Source: Azolla caroliniana (Eukaryota > Plantae > Polypodiophyta). From it: a DNA stretch of 64,000 nucleotides. This document shows, piece after piece, positions 1-10,593 of this stretch. The notes below the pieces were generated by a model, which was not told the DNA's origin, ran no database searches, and saw nothing but the letters and a program-made list of their open reading frames with translations. The position numbers were made by a program, and so were the translations under genes. Numbering within the stretch: the stretch's first letter is position 1; each line of letters starts with the position of its first letter. The stretch covers positions 6,634,001 to 6,698,000 of the forward strand of contig JBHGNT010000022.1 of NCBI GenBank assembly GCA_043228905.1, written 5' to 3'.

Positions 1-532
1 GCCCACCGGCACTATACCGGGAACCTGTCTGGGAACGGTACGGATGAAAGAAAAAGACGACGGGGAACCCGTAGCAGAGGCGAAGGAAGACACGGCAACC
101 CGTAAGGAAAACGGTAAGGGTCCGAAGGGACCTACGGATGTGTAAGATCACACACCGTCATTTAAAAAATAAAAATAAAAAAAATAAAATAATAAAAAAA
201 TAAAATCATTAAAAATCGAGGTATGAACGGACGTGAAAGAAAGGAGCGAAAAGGTACGTAGTGGGCATTTAAGAGCCGCCACATTGCTTAATACTAATTT
301 GGTACACGACGTGCGCATGCTCGAAAAAGGCGCCAAGACGCACAAAGAAAAAGAAGAACGCATGGAGACCTTTTGTTTTCGCGAGCCAAGAAGCACAGAA
401 GCACCAAGGCAGTGGAAGCTTAGCAAACGCGAACCTGCACTCAGAGTACCGCCGCGTTCAGAACGCTCTCTCTCTCGCTCTCACTCTCATCACCACTCTA
501 CCTCGCCATCTTTCCTCGACCTCGAAGCAGAC

Positions 533-3121
533 ATGGAACCACAAACGCTGTCGGAAGCGGCCAGGAAATGGTTCAGGCAACACGGACTGGAGGGGTTCTT
601 GACCATCATGGAGGCACCACCGCACAGAGAAGCCGACCGGGTCATCAAGGAGCTCGACACGGAAGTCATCACCGAGGAAGCAATCCGTGCGCTAACAGGC
701 CTTCCGGAGGGAGGTATTTTTCAGATTGATAACCCAACCTCGGAGCAACTCATCCGATATTTCGGTGAGTACTCTGTAGCCGGCAAAGGCTATCGAACGC
801 AGGGCGGCGAAGATCCGCTATTCAGGGAGATAGCTCGAGTGCTCCATGAGTACGGCCACGTGTACCCCCGACCCCCGATCATGCCAAAAAATCGGGCAGG
901 GATGATCATAGCCACCTATGAAGGCATCAAGGTGGACTGGCCGGTGTTGATTGCAGACGGTTTGTGCGCGGCAATCAACATGGTACGAGGGAAGGACAGC
1001 AAGGAGGGCCGGAAGCTATGGCATGCCGTTGCTCAGTGGATAACATTGCTCGTGCCGCCAGTCGAGACCGTTCAGCCAAAGAAGCAGCCAAGATTATCGG
1101 AAGGAAGCACTTCGAAACCCGCGTCCAAACGACAGCAGCTGCTGGCGTCAAAGGCGACGAAAGGAAAGAAACGGCTCCTAGAACCGGAGGAGGTGTCACC
1201 GGTCCGACCCGTTAAGATAACCATACGGCGACCGGGACAGAAGGAACCGGAACCCTTGACGGCACAGAAACATGCCGTTACCCAGGAAGAGGAAACGGAG
1301 GAGCCAGAAGAGCACCTCCAACGACGGTCAAGAAGTAGGACCGCCGGGACAGCGGGGGACCGTTCGTACCCGCAAGAGGAAGAAACGTCCCCAACTCAAC
1401 CTGAGCAAACCACAAGGGAGGAACCGGAACCAGTGCGTATGGAACCGGCCTTGTCGACTTCTATAGAAGAAGTCATTCCAACGGCTCCGGAGACGGCGAG
1501 AACCGGAACTCAACAGCCGGCGAGCCCAGCCAGCACACACGGTGGCCAAGGAGTAGGACCAGTACAGCAGCAAGGCACCAGTAGCATGTGGCTACGGTGG
1601 GTAGGTGAGCAGATCGCCGGAGCGGTCGAGTACATAGAAGCGGAGGAGAGAGCGCACAACGAACGGTTGCTCGTCACAACCGTAGATCTAGAGACGGCCC
1701 GGTCCAGAATCCGGAGCCTTGAACAAGACTTGGACAGGGTCACAAGGGAAATGGCTCAATTGGCTTTGACAACACAAGTCCAAGCACCGGTGACTCCGGG
1801 CAATGTACAGAATAAAGCGTCAGATCAACCTGTACATAGCAATCAGACCCCGGCAACGGAAACCGTTCCGGAGAGAAATGCGGCACAAGCCCAAGAGCTG
1901 GCGGACTTAAAGGATGAGCTAGCTGCCCAAGAAGCGCTGAGGAGCCGCGAAAGAGAGTTGAAGACGGCAGCGGAGGCAGAACTCAAAAAGACTGCTGAGA
2001 AGAGCTTACGGAAAGGCCATCAAGCGTACGACCGGCTCAAGGAGGAAAAGGAGAAAATGCTGCAAGAGAAGGACAGACTCCGGAGAAACGCTGAAACAGA
2101 AGTAGAGCGCCTGAAAGAGGAACTCCGGCAGGTAAAGGACCGGGAGGACCGGAACCATCGCCAGATCAACGGCAAGCTCAAACAAAAAACGGAGGAATTT
2201 GAGCACTTGCACCGGGAGTATAAACGGTTGCAAACGGAGCACAAGGAACGGACGGATGAGCTCCTGCAAGCAGTTGATCGGACCGCAACGGCATACGCTA
2301 ATGAACAAGCGGAAACCAGACGACGGTTGGAAGAGGCGGAGAAGGTTCGGACAGAGCTCCTCAGGCAACAGCAGGCGGAAAAAGAAAGAGCGGCGGAGGT
2401 ACTGCAGAGGCTGCAGACAACATATCAAGGGCAGCTAACGCGCTACAAAGAGCAGGCGGAGGATACGGCGAATCTCATCAAGCAGTTGAAGGAGGAGCGA
2501 CAAGTGGTGGAAAGTAGAGCGCAAATGGGAGCAAGTCGCATCCAGGATATCATGCGGGCCTGGTTGAACCAGACCAAGAGCTTGATTGACAACGGTTCCG
2601 TCAAATGGTGGACCAAATGGGCCACGAACGCGGCGGAACTCCAATTGCTCCGGGCCGACGTAGAGAACCGGCGGAAGGAGGGAGATGATTGCTATATGCT
2701 GACTTCCGAAGACTTCACCAGCATAAGAGATGAGCTGGCCGAAGACTTTCAAGCCTTGGCAGAGGACCAACTAGGGCAAGTCCGGCAACTTGTAGCTCAG
2801 CTGGACGACGACAGGCTGGAGGCGCAGATCCAGTTTGAAAGCTACGAGAGGTCCCGGATCCGGGAAGAGAAAGCACGAGAACCGGTTACGGTCAACCTCA
2901 GTGATGAACCGTTACTGGAAGGAGACCGGACCGGTAGCAGTCAAACGGAGATGCCGGAGTCAGAGAAACAAACGGAGCAGCCGCCTATAGAGCAGCCGGA
3001 GCAGCCGCAGTCCCAACCGCAACCACAGCAGCAGCAGCAAGCACAGCCACAACAACCACAACCGGAAGAACAATTGAAAAATCTGGAACAAAGTATTTTG
3101 GACAATTTGGGTGAACAATGA
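533..3121 (+). CDS. Extra 3' ORF of the Gypsy element (~862 aa from ATG 533): globular N-terminal domain, low-complexity linker, long coiled coil, Q/P-rich tail
   Basis: Intact ORF; the track start at 233 is a GTG. The in-frame ATG 533 (MEPQTLSEAARKW) aligns with the start in copy 2 (~28112). The decayed paralogue shares ITEExIRALxGLPEGG, YEGIKVDW and WWTKW. Confidence 0.8.
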   Translation: MEPQTLSEAARKWFRQHGLEGFLTIMEAPPHREADRVIKELDTEVITEEAIRALTGLPEGGIFQIDNPTSEQLIRYFGEYSVAGKGYRTQGGEDPLFREIARVLHEYGHVYPRPPIMPKNRAGMIIATYEGIKVDWPVLIADGLCAAINMVRGKDSKEGRKLWHAVAQWITLLVPPVETVQPKKQPRLSEGSTSKPASKRQQLLASKATKGKKRLLEPEEVSPVRPVKITIRRPGQKEPEPLTAQKHAVTQEEETEEPEEHLQRRSRSRTAGTAGDRSYPQEEETSPTQPEQTTREEPEPVRMEPALSTSIEEVIPTAPETARTGTQQPASPASTHGGQGVGPVQQQGTSSMWLRWVGEQIAGAVEYIEAEERAHNERLLVTTVDLETARSRIRSLEQDLDRVTREMAQLALTTQVQAPVTPGNVQNKASDQPVHSNQTPATETVPERNAAQAQELADLKDELAAQEALRSRERELKTAAEAELKKTAEKSLRKGHQAYDRLKEEKEKMLQEKDRLRRNAETEVERLKEELRQVKDREDRNHRQINGKLKQKTEEFEHLHREYKRLQTEHKERTDELLQAVDRTATAYANEQAETRRRLEEAEKVRTELLRQQQAEKERAAEVLQRLQTTYQGQLTRYKEQAEDTANLIKQLKEERQVVESRAQMGASRIQDIMRAWLNQTKSLIDNGSVKWWTKWATNAAELQLLRADVENRRKEGDDCYMLTSEDFTSIRDELAEDFQALAEDQLGQVRQLVAQLDDDRLEAQIQFESYERSRIREEKAREPVTVNLSDEPLLEGDRTGSSQTEMPESEKQTEQPPIEQPEQPQSQPQPQQQQQAQPQQPQPEEQLKNLEQSILDNLGEQ

Positions 3122-3133
3122 AGGGGCCGAGAA

Positions 3134-3171
3134 GGGTTCGACGTACAAGGTACTGTCCCACGGGCGTGCCA
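3134..3171 (+). promoter_or_regulatory. tRNA-3'-end-like motif (inverted PBS) at the PPT position, copy 1
   Basis: GGGTTCGACGTACAAGGTACTGTCCCACGGGCGTGCCA, then TG, then LTR TGTTA. The reverse complement TGGCACGCCCGTGGGAC is a tRNA-Arg-type PBS. No purine run is present. Confidence 0.75.
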
Positions 3172-3173
3172 TG

Positions 3174-3591
3174 TGTTACCGGCCGGCAAGGAGTCCAAAA
3201 TACGGAGTGAAGGAATTAATTAAGTATGGTTGTAAATAAGCATAGTGTGGACGGACGGACTGGAAACGGTATGCCGTTCCAGATCCAGACGGATCCCGAA
3301 TAGGTTCGAGAGGCACCGTTTTGTACTACGGGCCGGAAACCTATTTAAAGGCCGGACCCCATTGTAATCACAGCGGATAATTAATAGAGCATATGGTGTT
3401 TATACTTCTGTGTTGATTTCCGTTCTGTAAATACTGTTATATCTTACGCGTGTATTTAACCAAAGCATTCTAATCGTGTAACCTACGTAAGTCAGTGTAA
3501 TCGTTGAATCTTAACCCTATGCCGTAATCACCCTTTGGTGAAGTGTCTCCGTGACACCTTGTGTTAGGCCTTGTCCGGCCAGCGAATAACA
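3174..3591 (+). repeat. 3' LTR of Gypsy copy 1 (418 bp)
   Basis: TGTTA...TAACA termini and TATTTAAAG at ~3342. Homologous to 30940-31365, with similarity ending exactly at TAACA in both. Confidence 0.85.
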
Positions 3592-3770
3592 TAAACCCTT
3601 CATGTCCTCGTGAGCCCAAGCGAACACATCTTTATATTCCGTGAGTAGTGCGATCATCGTGACTCTCTGATCCGACCTTAATTCCTTTGCGATGGAGAGG
3701 AACCGAGGCTCCAATTCCGTACCCACATTTACTTCTTCGAGGGCGGAAGTGGTGACTCGTCGTGAAATCT

Positions 3771-6700
3771 TGTAAAAAGAAACATGCGGAAGCAAGTATT
3801 AAGACGGAACACAAGGAAGGAAACTCAGGTTCAATGGAGAGCTTGGGCTTACGCAGTATACGCGGGAGAGACACAGAGAGAGTGAGAGAGAACACAAGAA
3901 CTATATTCAACAATAATACTCAGTCTGTACATAAGACGTGCTCAGTGAACACTTTTATACAAGTCCTAGAAGGACTGACCGAAGTACTGACAGTACTTCA
4001 ATGCTCATCAAGAGCTCCTACACTAACTCCCAAATATATTCCTCACGGAATATCTTTCCTAACGACCTCCCGGTTTACGCACTCGGCCTAACCGATCGGT
4101 CCCACCCGATCCGGTCCTCGGCTTCTTCAGCCGATCCGGCCGATATTGAGCTTGTCTCTCAACACTCCCCCTCAAGCTCAACTTGAGGATCTTCGGGATC
4201 TTCACAGCGCCGGTTCCTCCTGGCTTCTTGTCTTGCTCGCGCTCCTCGACCTGTTCGACTCCGCGCGCTTGGACCCTTCCGGTCGGCTTGTCTGCTCATG
4301 TGGCCCTTATCAGCTCTTCTGTTGTTGCGGTGTTGACGCTTCTCCTGCTGCCTTTTCTTCCGCTTGGGCCTCGGTTGATTCAGCGTATCTGAATCAAACA
4401 TCTGAACCGACTCGGCTACCTCCGATCGGTCTTCGCTCTCGTCCGAGTTGGCTGTCTCCAACTCGTCTTCGGTCATCTCGCCCTCGATGGCGTCATCTTC
4501 CCCATGCGTGGTTGGCTTCGGCTCTCTCCTTCGGTTGCTCCCCTTCTGTCCACTTCCGAACTTTTCCGCGGGTCCGCCCTCGGCTTCTTCAGCCGATCCG
4601 AAGTCGAACATGACAACCGACTCGGTGTCGCGGTCTTCGCTCCTTTCCTGCTGCCTTTCTTGGTCGTTCGGGACCGTTCTCACCCTCAAGTTCGGCACGT
4701 CAAGGTGACGCAATCCGAGCGCACTTGAGAATTGCCGCAACTTGTCCAGACCAAGAGGCTTGGTGAAGATGTCGGCAGTCTGCCGATCTGTCGGCACGTA
4801 CTGAAGTTCGACTTCACCGGAAAGGACACGCTCACGGACGAAATGGTAGTGCACCTCAATGTGCTTGGTCCGTGCGTGGAAGACGGGGTTCTTCGCGAGT
4901 TGGATGCTGCTGAGGTTGTCGCAGTAGATCGTTGCAGGTCCGTAAGTAGCCGCTTCAACCATATGGCTTCGCATGTCGCGACAGCCGCTCCTCGGTACTC
5001 AGCTTCGGTGCTTGACAGTGCAACTGTCGGCTACTTCTTACTACTCCACGCGATCAAGGCACTCTCGAGGGAGAACGCGTATCCAGACGTGGATCGGCAA
5101 TCGGCGGCGTTGCCAGCCCAATCAGCATCGGTCTAGCCGACTAACTACGCGGCTGCACCGGTTCGATATAGCAGTCCGCGAACCTTAGTGCCACTTACGT
5201 ACCGAAGTACGCGTTGCTTACACTAAAGGTGCTCCTCGGTAGGTCGCGCCATGAACTGACTGAACACCCTGACCGGATATCTGAGGTCGAGTCGGGTGAT
5301 GGTCAAGTATATGAGGCTTCCGACAATTTTTCGGAACCTCGTCGGGTCGCATTCCTTACCCGTATCGGGACGAAGCTTGACGGTTCTGTCCAGAGGAGTC
5401 GAGACGGACTTACAGTCAGCCATCCCGAGCTTGAAGAGCATACTCAGCACGTAATGACATTGGCTAATCAATATGCCTTCGGGGGTACGGATCACTTCGA
5501 TCCCAACGAAGTAATGAAGGTCCCCCAGATCCTTCATGTCGAACGATGCCGCAAGCTGGAGCTTCACGCGGTCGATTTCACCTAGGTCGACGCCGGTGAT
5601 GACCAAGTCATCAACATATAATAAAATACTAACCGGTCCGAGTCGACCTTTCCGGATGAACAGGGAAGAGTCCGATTTTGACGTGACGAAGCCCATCCGA
5701 CGCAGTTCCAGGCACACGGGGCTTGCTTCAGTCCGTAAAGGGACTTCTTCAGTCGGCATACTGTCGAGGAATTCATTCCGGAGTGAAATTCGGGGGCCTG
5801 TATCATGTACACTGTTCCTCAAGGTCACCTTGCAGGAACGCATTCTTTACATCCATCTGATGTAGGTGCCACCCCTTGGCCGCGGCTAGTGCGAGCAAAA
5901 CACGGACGGTCGTCATTTTCGCGACCGGCGCAAACGTTTCATCGTAGTCGATGCCGTGTTTCTGCGCGTAACCCTTTGCCACTACCCGAGCCTTGTACCG
6001 GTTAACGGAGCCATCGGTGTTGTACTTGACCTTGTACACCCACCTACACCCGATCGGTTTTACCCCTGTTGGTGCGTCAACCAGGTCCTAGGTCTCGTTC
6101 TCCGCCAATGCATGCATCTCTTCCTCCATCGCGGCACGCCAATTCGCGTCTTTAGCCGCTTCTGCGTAGCTCTCCGGCTCACGCACTTCCGCTACACGGG
6201 TCCTGTACGCATAATGATGCGCCATGTACTCGTTGTATCCGAACCGCAAAACGGGATTCTTCTGGTGGGTAGATCGGTGTAATCTCACATTAGCCGATGT
6301 CGAGGCCTTCTCGGTCGACGCGGTCTTCACCTTTAAAGACCCGTCACCGGTTCCCTCTGAGTCGGACTCACGTCGGTCTGACTCGTTCCTTTCCGTGCCG
6401 GAATCTGACACCTTCTTCTTCCCTTTCTCTTTGCCCGTAAGCCGTCTCCTCGGCTTCCTGCGCGGGGAATGCACGGTCGAGTCTCCAATACTGGCTGGCT
6501 CTTCATCGGACTGGTCGTACCGACTCAGTCGTCCAATCGGTCCACTTAACCGGAGTGAAATCGGACTCTCTTCGCGGGTCTCGATTTCGGGCTCATCCGA
6601 AGGCATCTCGGCCTCTCTGACCTCATCATCAGAGCTCGGATTGGAGTCGGGGTTCGAAGTCAGGGGTTGGTACCAGGACGCGGACTCGTCAAACACAACG

Positions 6701-9105
6701 TCGCGGCTGACACGCGCATGTTTGGTGCGAGGGTTATAGCACTTATAAACCTTCTACTCGTCCGAGTAACCGACCAAGATGCATTTCTCGGCCTTTGCGT
6801 CCAGCTTCCTCCTTTTCTCCTTCGGTACATACACATACGCAATGCTACCGAACACCCTCAAATGTCGTAAGTTCGGCTTCGTTCCGAAATATAGCTCGTG
6901 CGCCTACACTTTGTCTCCAATCCGGTTCTGGATGTATACCGCGGTCCTTACCGCCTCGGCCTAGTAGAACTTGGGCAAGCTCTTCTCCTCCAGCATTGCC
7001 CGTGCCGCTTCCACAATCGACCGGTTCTTTCTCTCGGCCACGCCGTTCTGCTCCGGCGTGTATCTACAATTGAATTCGCGCTGAATTCCCATTTGTTGTA
7101 GATAACCGTTGAATTGACCGGAAAAGTACTCTTTCCCGCCATCCAACCGCAGGCACTTGATCTTTCGTCCCGTTTCCGTTTCCATGAACCCTTTGAGGTC
7201 CCGAAAACAGTCGAAGACTTCGCTCTTCCTCTCAATGAGGTAGATCCACGTGTGCCGCATGTGGTCGTCGATGAAGGAGACGAAATATCGGCTCCCGCCA
7301 AGACTAACGTTTTGTGTCGGCCCCCATACGTTGGAGTGTATAAGGTCGAGCTTATTCCGGCTCCGGTTTCGCTCGTTTGGGAAAGGAAGTCGGTGTTGCT
7401 TCCCGAGTTTGCAGGCTTCACAAATTTGTGTCTTTCGGCCACTAAATTTGGGCAATCCGAATACTACCTGTTTCGATTGCAGATCTTGAAGCCGTTGGTG
7501 GTTGACGTGGCCTATCCGCTTGTGCCACAAGTCGATGTCCGACTCGGTCTTTTGTCCCTTCGCGAACATTGCGGTGCCGCCGTCAGTGGAGTCGACGATG
7601 AACATCCTCCCGTCTCTGCGCCCTTGCGCAATCACACGGCCTTCTTCCTCAATGAAGCACCCGAGGTGTGTAAACCGAACCTCCATCCCTTGGTCGACGA
7701 TCTGTCCGACCGAGACCAAGTTCTTCATGATTGTCGGAACGTGCAACACGTTCATGAGTTTCCCTTTCTTCAGCGTAGTGCGATCGCTGCCGATTTCCCT
7801 TGTCGGTATGTCAGGAGCCGTTTCCAGAACCGGTTCTCTCTGAATCGGCGCGCTTCTTCCAGCACTCACTTTCCCTGTGGCCTTTCTTGCCACAGTACCA
7901 GCACTCTGCGATGTCCAGAGTTGCTGTCGGCATCACTTCGGTGCCTTCTTCCCTGATCACGTCGGTCGCCTCCATTGCGCGCCGACTCGCCTCGTCCGCC
8001 ACGACCACGGGGCCTTTCTCCCTCCGTGTACAACATCTTGTTGTCAGTGTGCGTGCTCGTCGACGCACCCACGTGGTTCTCCTCTACCAGGAGCATCGAC
8101 TGTAAGTCGAAAAAGGACGGCGTATTCTCCCGAGTACACACAGCCGTTCGGAACGCCCCGAACTTCGACGCCAAACCTCCGAGACAGATCTGGACCATCT
8201 CGCTCTCCTCGATGTTCACCCCTATGGAGGCGAGGGAGTCGCAGATATCCTTGATCTTCGAGGTATAGTCCGCCACCGACAAGTCGCGTTGTCGTAGGTT
8301 GTTGAACTCCTGTCGGAGCTGAAGCTTCCTGGTTGTGGTGCTCGCGGCGAAAATCTTCTTCAAATTTTCCCACACACCCTTCGGCGTCTTTGCATCCCGA
8401 ACATAGCTCAATAGTTGTTTGCCCACACACGACGCGAAGTAGTACAATACCCTGCTCGCCGATTGCTCCCACGACGGGAAGTCTCTGTGTGTCGATTCGG
8501 GTGCCGCGTCATTAGCTCCTTCGACATAACTCCAGTAGCCGTGCCCGAGCAGGTACTGGTGCATCTTGTAGGACCAAGACGCGTAGTTGGTTCTGTCGAG
8601 CTTCTCTGTTGGAAGCGAGCTCGCCATGCCTCTATCCATCGTTCTTCTCGTTCTTCTTCGTCAAGCTGTGTCGTCTGCAAAGAGGTTCTCAACCCTCGCG
8701 CTCTGATACCATGTAAAAAGAAACGTGCGGAAGCAAGTATTAAGACGGAACAGAAGGAAGGAAACTCAGGTTCAATGGAGAGCTTGGGCTTACGCAGTAT
8801 ACGCGGGAGAGATAGAGAGAGAGTGAGAGAGAACACAAGAACTATATTCAACAATAATACTCAATCTGTACATAAGACGTGCTCAGTGAACACTTTTATA
8901 CAAGTCCTAGAAGGACTGACCGAAGTACTGACAGTACTTCAATGCTCATCAAGAGCTCCTACACTAACTCCCAAATATATTCCTCACGGAATATCTTTCC
9001 TAACGACCTCCCGGTTTACACACTCGGCCTAACCGATCGGTCCCACCCGATCCGGTCCTCGGCTTCTTCAGCCGATCCGGCCGATATTGAGCTTGTCTCT
9101 CAACA
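3771..9105 (-). mobile_element. Full-length-bounded Ty1/Copia LTR retrotransposon (decayed, internally deleted)
   Basis: 394-bp LTRs at 3771-4164 and 8712-9105 with about 6 differences by eye. TSD AATCT (3766-3770, 9106-9110), PBS TGGTATCAGAGC (tRNA-iMet, 8700-8711) and PPT TTGAGGGGGAG (4165-4175). Confidence 0.95.
4159..8639 (-). pseudogene. Copia gag-pol (gag, CCHC, GAG-pre-integrase, INT, RT, RNase H), frameshifted; protease largely deleted
   Basis: [99 protein letters not shown]. Confidence 0.92.
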
Positions 9106-9404
9106 AATCTCCATTTCCCTTTCGAACGCCGCCCGTGCTCTGCTGAGTTCCAATATGGGGAATAATGGTCGTGGCATATTCTGCCGCGGTTGCGATGACA
9201 TCTATTTCTAACAGCGGAATAATCCGAGGGTGTTCGTCGAGGTATGCCTCCAATTCTGCATGTGACTGTCCACATGACCTTTATTTTTTCCATGCACTCC
9301 TTCTTTAGTTGCTTGCGTCCACATGGCCTTTACTTTAGTTCTCTTCACTTTACTTTAGTTTGTTGCATGATCCAATCTTTCGTCCGTCCGCGTCCAACCT
9401 CGTC

Positions 9405-9700
9405 CGGTAGCCGGTTCCACGGTTTGCTTGCCGGTTCCGGTTCCGGTTTTGCTTGCCGGCCGGTTCCGGTTTGCTTGCCGGTTCCGATTCCGGTTTTGCT
9501 TGCCGGCCGGTTCCGGTTTGCTCCGGTTCCGATTCAGGTTTTGCTTGCCGGCCGGTTCCGGTTTGCTTACCTGCCGGTTTCCGGTTTTGCTTGCCGGCCG
9601 GTTCCGGTTTTGCTTACCGGCCGGTTTCCGGTTTGCATACCCGTTCCAGTTCCGGTTTTGCTTGCCAGCCGGTTCCGGTTCCGATTTGCTTGCCGGCCTT
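9405..9700. repeat. CCGGTT-based minisatellite (units such as GCTTGCCGGCCGGTTCCGGTTT) inside an LTR-like relic
   Basis: About a dozen degenerate 21-27 bp units, followed by GGGTTTTCCACGTTAAAAAT, a motif also present in the Copia LTRs at 16680, 35430 and 38230. Confidence 0.8.
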
Positions 9701-10593
9701 TTCCCTATTTTGGGTTTTCCACGTTAAAAATTTGGTGTACTCTCATTTTCTATCTTGTGGTCTCATCTATTGTTAATTGTGTTGGAAGTCTAAATCATCC
9801 TGAGACCGTTGCAGTAGGAAATTAGGGATGGGTGGAGACTATGGCTAGAAAAGAGAATTAGGGTTTTTGGATGAGACTGAGGGAGTTAGGGTTTTGCGGA
9901 GATTGTGTGTATGTAATTAGGTTTCGGTGGAGGTTGTGCAATTGGGGGGCGGGACAACCATTGGGAGGGAAAACCCCCCTTCATTCATCCATGGACTATA
10001 GTGATGGTGGAGGTGACTCTTCTTCCTGTTGTGGTTCTTCTTGGGGTTCTTCTTCTACAAACATGTGTTCCCATTTTTCTTTTGCCTCTTCTTGTCCCTC
10101 CTCCTTTACTATTCTCTCTTCTTTTGATCTTTTCGTTGTGCTTCTCTTTCTTCTTCTTCTCGGGATTGCAAATTCTGACATTTTCTGATTCTTCAGTTGC
10201 CATGGCTTTTCTTTCCATTATCACTTCAGTGCCAAGACGATCGACCTCTTGGAATCCTTGTTCAATGATGAACCTTCGAAATGATGATTCATGTTGAGTA
10301 TATTGGGTCTCAACAATGCGAAGGGGTTGTTGCTATGCATCTCGGCTTCTTCTTGCTCCATCTCCATAGCCATTGCTCTCTCGAATATTTCCACCGCCTA
10401 TGATTCATTGACTTCTTCTCAAAGGGGGTCGGCCATAGGGCGTGCCAAGTGTTTCATGTCCCCTAGGGTGGGGTTATATAAGTACATTACATGAGGATCA
10501 TGATCCAAGTACATCCAATGAGGCTTGTGGGTTAGTTACATAACCTTCTAACTATTAGGATCGTGACCAGCCACAACCAATTCCACATACGTA

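Larger units (their letters stand above)
1..3591 (+). mobile_element. 3' part of a non-chromovirus (Athila/Tat-related) Ty3/Gypsy LTR retrotransposon, copy 1: pol tail, extra ORF, 3' LTR
   Basis: Colinear with 27600-31365, where the same extra ORF follows RT-RH-INT. Pol tail (..GKGPKGPTDV*) ends at 145, followed by an A-rich spacer, a long ORF and an LTR bounded by TGTTA..TAACA. The 5' end is outside the window. Confidence 0.85.
3592..9258 (-). pseudogene. Fragment of an older Gypsy pol (PR-RT linker) in two pieces, 9258-9106 and 3770-3592, split by the Copia insertion
   Basis: Reads ELEAYLDEHPRIIPLLEIDV...EMEISRRVTTSALEEVNVG...YKDVFAWAHEDMKGL across the AATCT TSD. Homologous to 13530-14560. 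Confidence 0.75.

Noticed and set aside
533-3121. Extra ORF as a retroviral envelope gene or host myosin/SMC-like gene
   Set aside because: No signal peptide or TM helix; it is intronless and lies between pol and the LTR in two copies, so it is element-encoded.
7114-7956. 280-aa plus-strand ORF and similar long antisense ORFs (44240-44989, 46133-46777, 35498-36199)
   Set aside because: Shadows of retroelement coding regions or translations of tandem repeats, with no recognisable motifs.
9830-10590. Possible gene fragment (E/K-rich short ORFs on minus)
   Set aside because: Low complexity with frameshifts and no identifiable domain or termini; probably a repeat relic I cannot classify.
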